Shown here piece by piece: positions 19,149 to 26,649 of a DNA stretch of 64,000 nucleotides. The DNA comes from Porticoccus sp. (GTDB lineage Bacteria > Pseudomonadota > Gammaproteobacteria > Pseudomonadales > Porticoccaceae). A program made the translations under genes and the position numbers. Below the pieces are notes generated by a model that saw only the letters and a program-made list of their open reading frames with translations, was not told the DNA's origin and made no database searches. Location: the NCBI GenBank assembly GCA_036961395.1, contig JBALVP010000001.1, positions 21,666-85,665 of the forward strand. Reading direction: 5' to 3'. The stretch's first letter is position 1, and each line of letters begins with the position of its first letter.

Positions 19149-19853
19149 ATGAACGAAGCGGCTGTCTATGCGCAGACCCAACGGGAAAGCATGGACAATG
19201 TGGTGACGGATTATCTGCCCCTGGTGAAAAAAATCGGGCTTCATCTCGTGGCGAGGTTGCCACATGGGGTGGAGTTAGATGACCTGCTCCAGGTTGGCTT
19301 GATTGGCCTGATTCAGGCCAGAGAAAGCTATGACCCTTCTCAAGGGGCCAGTTTTTCTACCTATGCCGGTATTCGAATCAAAGGGGCGATGTTGGATGAG
19401 GTACGCCGAAATGATTGGGTGCCTCGCTCTGTACAGCAAAAAATAAAACAGGTTACCAGTGCTGTTAGGCAAGTGGAATCTAAGTTGGGGCGACCTGCCA
19501 GTGATATGGAAATTGCTGATGCGATGGGGGTGTCTCTGGGGGAGTATCATGATATCGCCCATGAGCTGGCTTGCTGCCGGATGACGACATTGGATGATTC
19601 TGATGTAGAAGGAGAAAGCAGCGAGGCAGACCCCTTTTCTCACATTGAAGATGAGGGATTTAAGAAGGCGCTGGTAGGGGCGATACAGACGCTGCCAGAA
19701 AAGGAACAGCTAATGATGTCGCTCTACTACAACGAAGAATTAAACCTGAAAGAAATTGGTGAGGTGTTGGGTGTTTCTGAATCTCGTGTTTCCCAACTGC
19801 ATGGTCAAGCATTGGCTCGAGTGCGAACTCGGTTGAGCGAGTGGGTTAGTTGA
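19149..19853 (+). CDS. fliA: Flagellar sigma factor sigma28
   Basis: DDLLQVG, RIKGAMLDE, DWVPRS, LGVSESRVSQ. Confidence 0.97.
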   Translation: MNEAAVYAQTQRESMDNVVTDYLPLVKKIGLHLVARLPHGVELDDLLQVGLIGLIQARESYDPSQGASFSTYAGIRIKGAMLDEVRRNDWVPRSVQQKIKQVTSAVRQVESKLGRPASDMEIADAMGVSLGEYHDIAHELACCRMTTLDDSDVEGESSEADPFSHIEDEGFKKALVGAIQTLPEKEQLMMSLYYNEELNLKEIGEVLGVSESRVSQLHGQALARVRTRLSEWVS

Positions 19854-19883
19854 ATATGCTGCGATTAAATGGGGAGATCTAGA

Positions 19884-20645
19884 GTGGCTGGTAACCGTCA
19901 TTCAGTGGATTATCTGACCTTGGCTGGCGTTACCCTGTCGCTGGTGGCAGTAATCGGTGGTAATTTGCTAGAGGGTGGGCATACCGACTCTCTGATGCAA
20001 TTGACGGCCTTTATTATTGTTTTTGGTGGGACGTTGGGTGCCATTCTAGTCCAGACACCCCTTAAAGTATTTCTACATGCCATGAAGCGTTTTAAATGGG
20101 TGTTTTTGCCACCTAAAATTGAGCGTATCGAAACACTCAAAAAAATTATTGATTGGAGCAAGATTGCTCGTAAAGATGGCTTGCTTGGACTGCAAAATAT
20201 CGCAGATAAAGAGACAGACAAATTTGTAAAAAAAGGATTGCTGTTATTGGTTGATGGCAGCGAGCCCGATGAAATACGAAAAATACTCGAGGTTGAAGTT
20301 GATAGCAGTCATGATCATGAAATGAGTGCAGCCAAAGTTTATGAGGCAATGGGTGGATATTCACCGACGATTGGGATTATCGGGGCGGTATTGGGTTTGA
20401 TTCATGTAATGAATAACCTGTCTGATCCAGCAACACTTGGGCCTGGAATAGCTGTGGCATTTGTGGCGACCATTTACGGTGTTGGCATGGCTAATTTTTT
20501 CTTTTTACCGATGTCGAATAAGCTGAAAACACTGTCCAGTGATCAAACCCAATATCACGAAATGCTGGTGGATGGCGTGGTTTCAATTGCTGAGGGAGAA
20601 AATCCTAGGGCGATTGAAAGTAAGTTGGAAGGTTATTTAACCTAA
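19884..20645 (+). CDS. motC: Stator subunit MotC (MotA family, H+-type)
   Basis: ARKDGLLGL, GGYSPTIGIIGAVLGL, AFVATIYG, GENP; start uncertain (19869, 19884 or 19905). Confidence 0.9.
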   Translation: MAGNRHSVDYLTLAGVTLSLVAVIGGNLLEGGHTDSLMQLTAFIIVFGGTLGAILVQTPLKVFLHAMKRFKWVFLPPKIERIETLKKIIDWSKIARKDGLLGLQNIADKETDKFVKKGLLLLVDGSEPDEIRKILEVEVDSSHDHEMSAAKVYEAMGGYSPTIGIIGAVLGLIHVMNNLSDPATLGPGIAVAFVATIYGVGMANFFFLPMSNKLKTLSSDQTQYHEMLVDGVVSIAEGENPRAIESKLEGYLT

Positions 20646-21595
20646 TGGCTAGAAAAAAGCGGCAAGAAGAGCACGTTAATCACGAGCGTTGGTTAGTCTC
20701 TTATGCTGACTTTATTACACTTCTCTTTGCTTTTTTTGTTGTGATGTATTCAGTGTCTTCCGTTAATGAGGGGCAGTATCGCGTACTGTCCGATTCCATG
20801 GTTTCCGCCTTTAGAAACCCTACGGCTTCTTTGAATCCGATTCAGGTGGGGCAGTTAGTACGGTCTCCCTTACAGATGGCTAAAACTAATGTTGATGTGT
20901 CAGCACTACCTACACCTATAATGACACCGCTATTGGTCGAGTTTCATAAGAGTAAGGATGAAAAAGCCAAGGCAGCTATGAGTGCGGTTGAAGAAGGTGG
21001 TGAAGGCGAGTTTGAGGTTAAAAAACAAGAGGATGATAGCTTTAACCAACAAGCGCTCAATGCGGCTGAAGTCGAGGTAAATACCATAGCCGATGGTGTT
21101 GAAGATAAGATGGAGATGCTAATTGATGATGAAGTTGTCAATATAAAACGCAATAAATTCTGGTTGGAAGTAGAGATTAAGTCCAGTTTGTTATTTTCCA
21201 GTGGCAGCAGTGAATTAATTGCGGATTCTGTACCCGTGCTCAATAAATTGTCAGGTGTTTTTGCTGACCTTCCCAATCGTATTAATGTTGAAGGTTTTAC
21301 GGATAACAAGCCTATTAAAAACCAGATTTTTCCTTCTAATTGGGAGTTGTCTGCTGCTAGAGCGGCAGCAGTGGTTCGGCTATTCGAAAGAAATGGTATT
21401 GAACCATCGAGAATGGCGTCGATTGGTTATGGTGAATATCAACCAATTTCAGATAATGGTACGGATGAGGGGCGAGCAAAAAATCGTCGCGTGGTGCTTG
21501 TTGTGATGTCTGCTATGGAGGGGCGTCAAAACGAGCGAAGTTACGAATTCGAACTATTGAAGAAAAAGTCGGCGGTGTTAGCAGGTGAAAATTAA
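20645..21595 (+). CDS. motD: Stator subunit MotD (MotB family)
   Basis: HERWLVSYADFITLLFAFF, OmpA-like domain SNWELSAARA, NRRV. Confidence 0.92.
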   Translation: MARKKRQEEHVNHERWLVSYADFITLLFAFFVVMYSVSSVNEGQYRVLSDSMVSAFRNPTASLNPIQVGQLVRSPLQMAKTNVDVSALPTPIMTPLLVEFHKSKDEKAKAAMSAVEEGGEGEFEVKKQEDDSFNQQALNAAEVEVNTIADGVEDKMEMLIDDEVVNIKRNKFWLEVEIKSSLLFSSGSSELIADSVPVLNKLSGVFADLPNRINVEGFTDNKPIKNQIFPSNWELSAARAAAVVRLFERNGIEPSRMASIGYGEYQPISDNGTDEGRAKNRRVVLVVMSAMEGRQNERSYEFELLKKKSAVLAGEN

Positions 21596-21632
21596 TTTGT
21601 GATCTTTGTTGAATGATAAAGTGGTGATCTAA

Positions 21633-21803
21633 ATGGTAGATTCAATCGGACCCAATAAAATTAAATCTATTACTAAAAGTAAGCCCGTTGTCAGCGGCAC
21701 GATGGAAAAGCCGAAACGTGATTGTGAACAGTCTGACAAAGACACGCCAGACCAAGAGAGTAAAAATAAAAAAATTGGCGTGAATATTGATGAGCGATGT
21801 TAG
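21633..21803 (+). CDS. Small hypothetical protein, 56 aa (below the ORF-track cutoff)
   Basis: Hand translation MVDSIGPNKIKSITKSKPVVSGTMEKPKRDCEQSDKDTPDQESKNKKIGVNIDERC; GTGGTG upstream; fills the motD-PilZ gap. Confidence 0.7.
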   Translation: MVDSIGPNKIKSITKSKPVVSGTMEKPKRDCEQSDKDTPDQESKNKKIGVNIDERC

Positions 21804-21881
21804 TGATGAGGGTCTATCTTAGGAAATGCTGTTGTCGGGTGGATTGTAATAAGTAAGTTGTCGTATTAAATCCTGTTCCGA

Positions 21882-22469
21882 TTATTGATCTTCGGACATT
21901 AATGTTGGAATGTTTTTACTAATTTGTGCACATTGCTTCTGTACAATATGCTGAATTAATTGTTCTTGAGCATTGTTGTTTTCATCAAAATTAACTCTTA
22001 CCGAATATGGTTTTTCTGCGTTATTGGCGTTATTGGCACTGGCTATGACCTCACCCGTAAAATTTAATGGGGTATTGGCGGGTTTTAGTACAATGGTTAG
22101 CAGCAAGCGGGTTCCAGTTGAGAGGTTCTCGGTGCAGTTAAAAGACAAACCGCACCCACTGATATTTACCATCATTTCTTCATAATCATCAATATCTTGG
22201 CCTTCCTCTGACAGGCTGTTTGCGGCGATAATTGATAGCTTTTTATTGAGTAAGCCCAGGGCTTTAGCAATAGTGGGGTTCTCATGCCAAAGGGTATTGG
22301 TTGCTTGATTAAATTCGTGATCGATTTCAGCGAGTAGGCTGGTCACTGATAGCCCTAGGTTTCCTGATAGTGACGATTGTATATCTTCGTCTTGACTTAA
22401 AATTTTATAGGTTAGACCAACTTCATCATTGATTCGATAATAGGTTCTTCTTTCAGAATTTTTTACCAC
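21882..22469 (-). CDS. PilZ-domain c-di-GMP receptor
   Basis: RxxxR (ERRTYYR) and NxSxxG (NISGCG) motifs; 18 bp downstream of pomB. Confidence 0.88.
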   Translation of the reverse strand: MVKNSERRTYYRINDEVGLTYKILSQDEDIQSSLSGNLGLSVTSLLAEIDHEFNQATNTLWHENPTIAKALGLLNKKLSIIAANSLSEEGQDIDDYEEMMVNISGCGLSFNCTENLSTGTRLLLTIVLKPANTPLNFTGEVIASANNANNAEKPYSVRVNFDENNNAQEQLIQHIVQKQCAQISKNIPTLMSEDQ

Positions 22470-22487
22470 GGTGGTTACCTCTATTGC

Positions 22488-23447
22488 TTATTCTAGGAGC
22501 TCGGAAAGATCCTCGCCGTTGAGGTCCATCGTGTTTAATACATTGGGGTTCGATTTCTGAATATCTCTAATACTGGTGGTCGTTTCATAATCCAGACCTT
22601 GACGAATAACGATTTCAACGCGTCTGTTTTCAGCTCGGTTTTGTGCTGATGAGTTAGGTTTGTGTGGCTTTGTGTCAGCATGACCAACGACCATGAAACG
22701 GTTATCATCCAATGAGCCGTCCTTGATCAAAGCATGGGTAACCGACAGTGCTCGGGAGGAAGATAACCCCCAGTTAGACCTGAATTTTTCACTGAGGATG
22801 GGAATATTATCCGTGTGACCTTCAACAGCAATTTTTCCTGAAATATCTTTTAGGGCATCTCGAAGCGTTGGCATTACCGGCGCAAAATCTGGGTGTAAGG
22901 TAGCAGAGCCTGAGGGAAATGTCCCTTTTTCACGGATGCGAATAGTGATAGAGCGCCCTTTGGCTTCGATATCAACTTTACCACCTTCAATTTCTTTCTT
23001 GAGGGCCTCTTGCAATTTGCCCGCTTCAACCTTTGTTTCAGCAATTAATGCTTTGAGTTTTTTCTCAAGTAGCTTTTTGGTCTGATCTTTATTCAGTTCC
23101 TTGGCATCGATGTCTGGAGCATCGGGATTGCCAACCTTGAGTGAAGGCTTGGCTGTTTCTGTCGTAAATTGATTGATGGTTTTAATTTGAATGGGTTGGG
23201 GGCGGCCGGGGCTAAATTCCCGGGCAATGATACTGGTGCCCTTGGGGATATTTTTTACTTTAACTTGGCTTTGAACACCAAAGGCCATCTTCATCGATCC
23301 GGCAATTTGTTTGAATTTCAAGACATCCATTTCGGAAAAAGACAGCAGTAGCACGAAGAAGCACATTAATAGTGACATGAGGTCTGCAAAGGTCGCCATC
23401 CATGCAGGGGCGCCAGCAGGTGCCTTATCTTCTTCAAATTCGATCAT
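22488..23447 (-). CDS. pomB: Na+-type stator subunit PomB (MotB family)
   Basis: WMATFADLMSLLMCFFVLLLSFSEMD is Vibrio PomB-like; GHTDN, SNWGLS, NRRVEI. Confidence 0.9.
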   Translation of the reverse strand: MIEFEEDKAPAGAPAWMATFADLMSLLMCFFVLLLSFSEMDVLKFKQIAGSMKMAFGVQSQVKVKNIPKGTSIIAREFSPGRPQPIQIKTINQFTTETAKPSLKVGNPDAPDIDAKELNKDQTKKLLEKKLKALIAETKVEAGKLQEALKKEIEGGKVDIEAKGRSITIRIREKGTFPSGSATLHPDFAPVMPTLRDALKDISGKIAVEGHTDNIPILSEKFRSNWGLSSSRALSVTHALIKDGSLDDNRFMVVGHADTKPHKPNSSAQNRAENRRVEIVIRQGLDYETTTSIRDIQKSNPNVLNTMDLNGEDLSELLE

Positions 23448-24230
23448 TTAAGCGGCTGCTGCTTCAGCGGGTGCTTTGGCTTCTTCCTTACGCTTTTTGG
23501 GTTCTAGGTAGGCTTTTAGCATTGATTCAATAATTCTGGGGTTTTGGCCAGCCTGGATGGCTAAAACACCATCGATGCAGATGGCCTTGATTCGACCTTC
23601 TTCTGTTTTTCTCAGATCCAGTTTATCGGCAATAGGTAATGCCACCACGTTGGCTAAGATGGCACCGTAGAGTGTTGTCAGTAGGGCTACGGCCATTGCC
23701 GGACCGATAGCTTTGGGGTCATCCATGGCAGAGAGCATTTGAACCAGGCCAATGAGGGTGCCGATCATGCCCATCGCAGGTGCTACATCACCCGTGGCAG
23801 AAAATACTTTAGCACCCCATTTGTGACGATCAATCGTTTGTTGAAGGTTTTTATTCATAACGGTACTTACGACGTTACGATCATTGCCATCGATAAGCAT
23901 TGTGATACCTTCGTTGAGAAAATCATTTTCGATTTTCTCATTTTCAAGTGCGAGCATTCCTTCCTTTCTAGCGATATTTGATAGCTTAACAATTTGAGCA
24001 ATAAGCTCTTCAGGGCTTTCTAATTTGAAAGTAAAAGCTCGGGCGGCGACTTTAAATGCACCTAAGAATTGTTGCATAGAGAACTTGATCATAACGACCA
24101 GGAATGTTCCACAAAGCACAATCAGCACTGCAGGAACATTAACAAAGAGAAGGGCAGATCCGCCAAATAAGATTGCAGCGAGAACAATGCCAAGGGCACC
24201 AGTCATGCCGAGTAATGTCGCCAAATCCAT
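23448..24230 (-). CDS. pomA: Na+-type stator subunit PomA (MotA family)
   Basis: MDLATLLG, APAMGMIGTLIGLV, GPAMAVALLTTLYGA with the Na+-site threonines. Confidence 0.92.
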   Translation of the reverse strand: MDLATLLGMTGALGIVLAAILFGGSALLFVNVPAVLIVLCGTFLVVMIKFSMQQFLGAFKVAARAFTFKLESPEELIAQIVKLSNIARKEGMLALENEKIENDFLNEGITMLIDGNDRNVVSTVMNKNLQQTIDRHKWGAKVFSATGDVAPAMGMIGTLIGLVQMLSAMDDPKAIGPAMAVALLTTLYGAILANVVALPIADKLDLRKTEEGRIKAICIDGVLAIQAGQNPRIIESMLKAYLEPKKRKEEAKAPAEAAAA

Positions 24231-24254
24231 AGTTGCTCCTCAATCACATAAATT

Positions 24255-24285
24255 AAAAGGCGGCTAAATTTATAGCCGCCATTTT
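24255..24285 (-). terminator. Intrinsic terminator-like hairpin between the SPOR gene and pomA
   Basis: GGCGGCTA-N6-TAGCCGCC flanked by A4 and T4. Confidence 0.6.
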
Positions 24286-24309
24286 GGAGTGCCCGAGCAG
24301 CCCTGTAAA
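24281..24309 (-). promoter_or_regulatory. Putative sigma70 promoter for pomAB-PilZ
   Basis: Minus strand TTTACA-N17-CAAAAT. Confidence 0.45.
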
Positions 24310-24334
24310 GAACATAGTGGGCATCTGTCACAGA

Positions 24335-25111
24335 TCAATCATCTTTCCATGCCCACAAGCCATTTAGGTTTGTTTGCTCCATTATCTGGCGAGCAATCTC
24401 CTCTGCTGACGCTCTGTTCTGGAAACCAGGAAGTTGTACCCGGTAAGCTGTTTTGTTATCAATCGAGGTAGTGTTGATTTGTATCTGATGCCCTAGAGCC
24501 TGAATTTGCTTTTGTAGCTTTAGAACAGTCTCTTTGGTAGAAAAAGTGCCTAAGTTGACATGCCAAGCCTTTGTGGGAAGGAGGGTCTTTTTAGTTTCAG
24601 TTTCTGGTGTGTTTTTTAATTGTAATGACAATGCTTGAAACCGCTTGTCCAGATCCAATGCGCTTGAGGCAATCAAACGTTGTTGTTCACTGAGTGTCAG
24701 TTGTAGTTGATCTAGTTTTTGGTCAAGGGATAGCAGTTTGCCATTGAGTTCGTTGAGCTCACGCTCTGCATTCTTGTCTGCTTTGGGGGCAGCGGCGATT
24801 GTCATTTCTCTAGGGGGCTGTTCCTGAGTTGATAACCACAAGCCTGCTAGTAATAAAAAAAGCATGTTGATGAATACGACAGCGATAACGAGCCATTTGT
24901 AACCTGAGGGTTCAAGGGTTAACCGGCTAGGTGGTTTTCCAGGCAGTTTTGACGATGTTGGGATTGCTATCGTGTTTTCTGCCGTGTCACATTGTTTGTG
25001 TGGGGGTGTTGGAATTTTTGGCGCTGTTTGGTTATTTATCTCATCGTCTGAAATGGGTGCGGGTTGGATGAAGCTATTATCCAGTGCGAGATTTAAGTCT
25101 TTTCTGGTCAT
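24335..25111 (-). CDS. Membrane-anchored coiled-coil protein with C-terminal SPOR peptidoglycan-binding domain
   Basis: One TM (WLVIAVVFINMLFLLLAGLWL), heptad region, SPOR motifs WHVNLGTFS and YRVQLPGF. Confidence 0.8.
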   Translation of the reverse strand: MTRKDLNLALDNSFIQPAPISDDEINNQTAPKIPTPPHKQCDTAENTIAIPTSSKLPGKPPSRLTLEPSGYKWLVIAVVFINMLFLLLAGLWLSTQEQPPREMTIAAAPKADKNAERELNELNGKLLSLDQKLDQLQLTLSEQQRLIASSALDLDKRFQALSLQLKNTPETETKKTLLPTKAWHVNLGTFSTKETVLKLQKQIQALGHQIQINTTSIDNKTAYRVQLPGFQNRASAEEIARQIMEQTNLNGLWAWKDD

Positions 25112-25144
25112 TTTTTGTCCCTAAGGGTGTTATCCTAATGGTTA

Positions 25145-25160
25145 TGCATAAAACATGCCG
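25145..25160 (-). promoter_or_regulatory. Sigma54 promoter of the SPOR gene
   Basis: Minus strand CGGCAT-GTTTT-ATGCA, GG-N10-GC, ending 33 bp before the ATG. Confidence 0.65.
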
Positions 25161-25164
25161 ATAG
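25157..25164 (+). promoter_or_regulatory. Putative sigma28 -10 element for fliK2-flhB2
   Basis: GCCGATAG versus consensus GCCGATAA; the -35 candidate (TAAT at 25136) has imperfect spacing. Confidence 0.4.
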
Positions 25165-25170
25165 CTTGTT

Positions 25171-26280
25171 ATGGAAGAGCTCCAGTTAGCGCTAACAGCC
25201 GCTAGGGTAGAACAGAAAAATTTTGGGCTCTGGCTCAAATCCTGGCAGGTTGGTCAGGTTCTTCAGGCACTGGTGGTAGATAAAGCTCCATCCGGAGAAA
25301 CGGTATTGCGTGTCGGTGGGCATCAGATCACTGCTACAGTTGATATTCCAGTACAAAAAGGCGCGGTACTTATGCTAGAAGTAAGTAGCCTTAGCCCTAT
25401 ACCCACCTTAAAAATTGTTAACGCTTCTACGTCGAGCGTGGCTCAGGCGGACCCCCTTTTGGGGAAGCTACAATTATTATTACCTCAGCAGGGAAAAGTG
25501 GTAGATCCCATCATGACACTTATGGCATCAGCTCAAAGTGCCAATATTTTGTCATTGCTGGGTGTAAAGAGTGATGATATTGATCGATTGCTTAAGCATT
25601 TGAATAGACTTGATCAGCTGGCGAATCCTAAGCTGTTAAAGGCCGCCTTGGGACGGTCTGGATTATTCCTTGAATCACAAATGCAGTTGTTAGCCGCTAC
25701 TGGTGGTTTGTTGCCATCGGGCGACCTCAAAGCGGAGCTTCTTCGATTGCTCCACCGGGTAAACCGCAGGTTACAAAAGCTACGTGGTGATGTTAGTAGT
25801 GAGCACATGCTCGGACCTTTATTGAACTTACAACGTGAGCTGGAAGGGGCTATCGCCAGTATTAGTCTTGATCAATTGGCCGCCTGTCAGACGGATGATG
25901 CAGGTGGTTGTATCTGGTCGTTTGAGATTCCTGTACGGTTCAAAGATTCAGTTGAATCTTTGCTTCTCACTATTAGCAGGGAAAGTGATTCCGCCAATAT
26001 TCCCGAAGAACGTCAGGATTGGAAAGCCACGCTTAGTGTCACATTACCGGTGCTTGGCATGATAGAGGCTGAGTTGTTTTTGAGGGGGCAGAAGGTCTCT
26101 GTCGTTATTTACTCAGAGGATGACACTACGACCAGGTTTATGGATAGCCACTTAGGCCAACTAAAAACCGGGTTGGAAAGCCGAGGTCTGGATGTTTCAG
26201 TGTTACTTTGTCGGCAGGGTTCCCATCTTCAGGAAAAAAATAGGGTTCGTTTAACGACTTGTTTGGATGAGCAGGCATGA
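25171..26280 (+). CDS. FliK-like hook-length control domain protein (FliK2 type)
   Basis: SGLFLESQ, DLKAELL, C-terminal LPVLGMIEAEL T3S4-like domain; overlaps the FlhB-like gene. Confidence 0.8.
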   Translation: MEELQLALTAARVEQKNFGLWLKSWQVGQVLQALVVDKAPSGETVLRVGGHQITATVDIPVQKGAVLMLEVSSLSPIPTLKIVNASTSSVAQADPLLGKLQLLLPQQGKVVDPIMTLMASAQSANILSLLGVKSDDIDRLLKHLNRLDQLANPKLLKAALGRSGLFLESQMQLLAATGGLLPSGDLKAELLRLLHRVNRRLQKLRGDVSSEHMLGPLLNLQRELEGAIASISLDQLAACQTDDAGGCIWSFEIPVRFKDSVESLLLTISRESDSANIPEERQDWKATLSVTLPVLGMIEAELFLRGQKVSVVIYSEDDTTTRFMDSHLGQLKTGLESRGLDVSVLLCRQGSHLQEKNRVRLTTCLDEQA

Positions 26281-26558
26281 GCGATAAACCTAAACGCCGA
26301 AAACAGCAGGCTGCCGCACTTGAATACAGTGGTGTGGGTGCCCCCAGAGTTGTGGCAAAAGGGGAAGGGCTTGTTGCTGCAAAAATAGAAGAGGTCGCAG
26401 CGCTAAATGATATTCCTCTGATTCAGGATGAGATGTTGGCGAGCGTGCTTGTCAATGTGCCACTTGGGGATGAAATACCGGAAAATTTATATTTGTCGAT
26501 AGCCGAAATTTTGGCGCATATCTATCGAGTAAGTGGGACAATGGATTCTTATGAGTAA
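26277..26558 (+). CDS. Stand-alone FlhB C-terminal domain protein (EscU/YscU/HrcU family)
   Basis: AAALEY, APRVVAKGEG, EIPENLY, AEILA. Confidence 0.92.
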   Translation: MSDKPKRRKQQAAALEYSGVGAPRVVAKGEGLVAAKIEEVAALNDIPLIQDEMLASVLVNVPLGDEIPENLYLSIAEILAHIYRVSGTMDSYE

Positions 26559-26649
26559 CTTTTTATAATGCGAGTTAGTAAAAATATCCTAGGGTAGACA
26601 TCTCAACCAATTTGCCATGGATATTTTGATATACCCGTAGAGGTGATGG

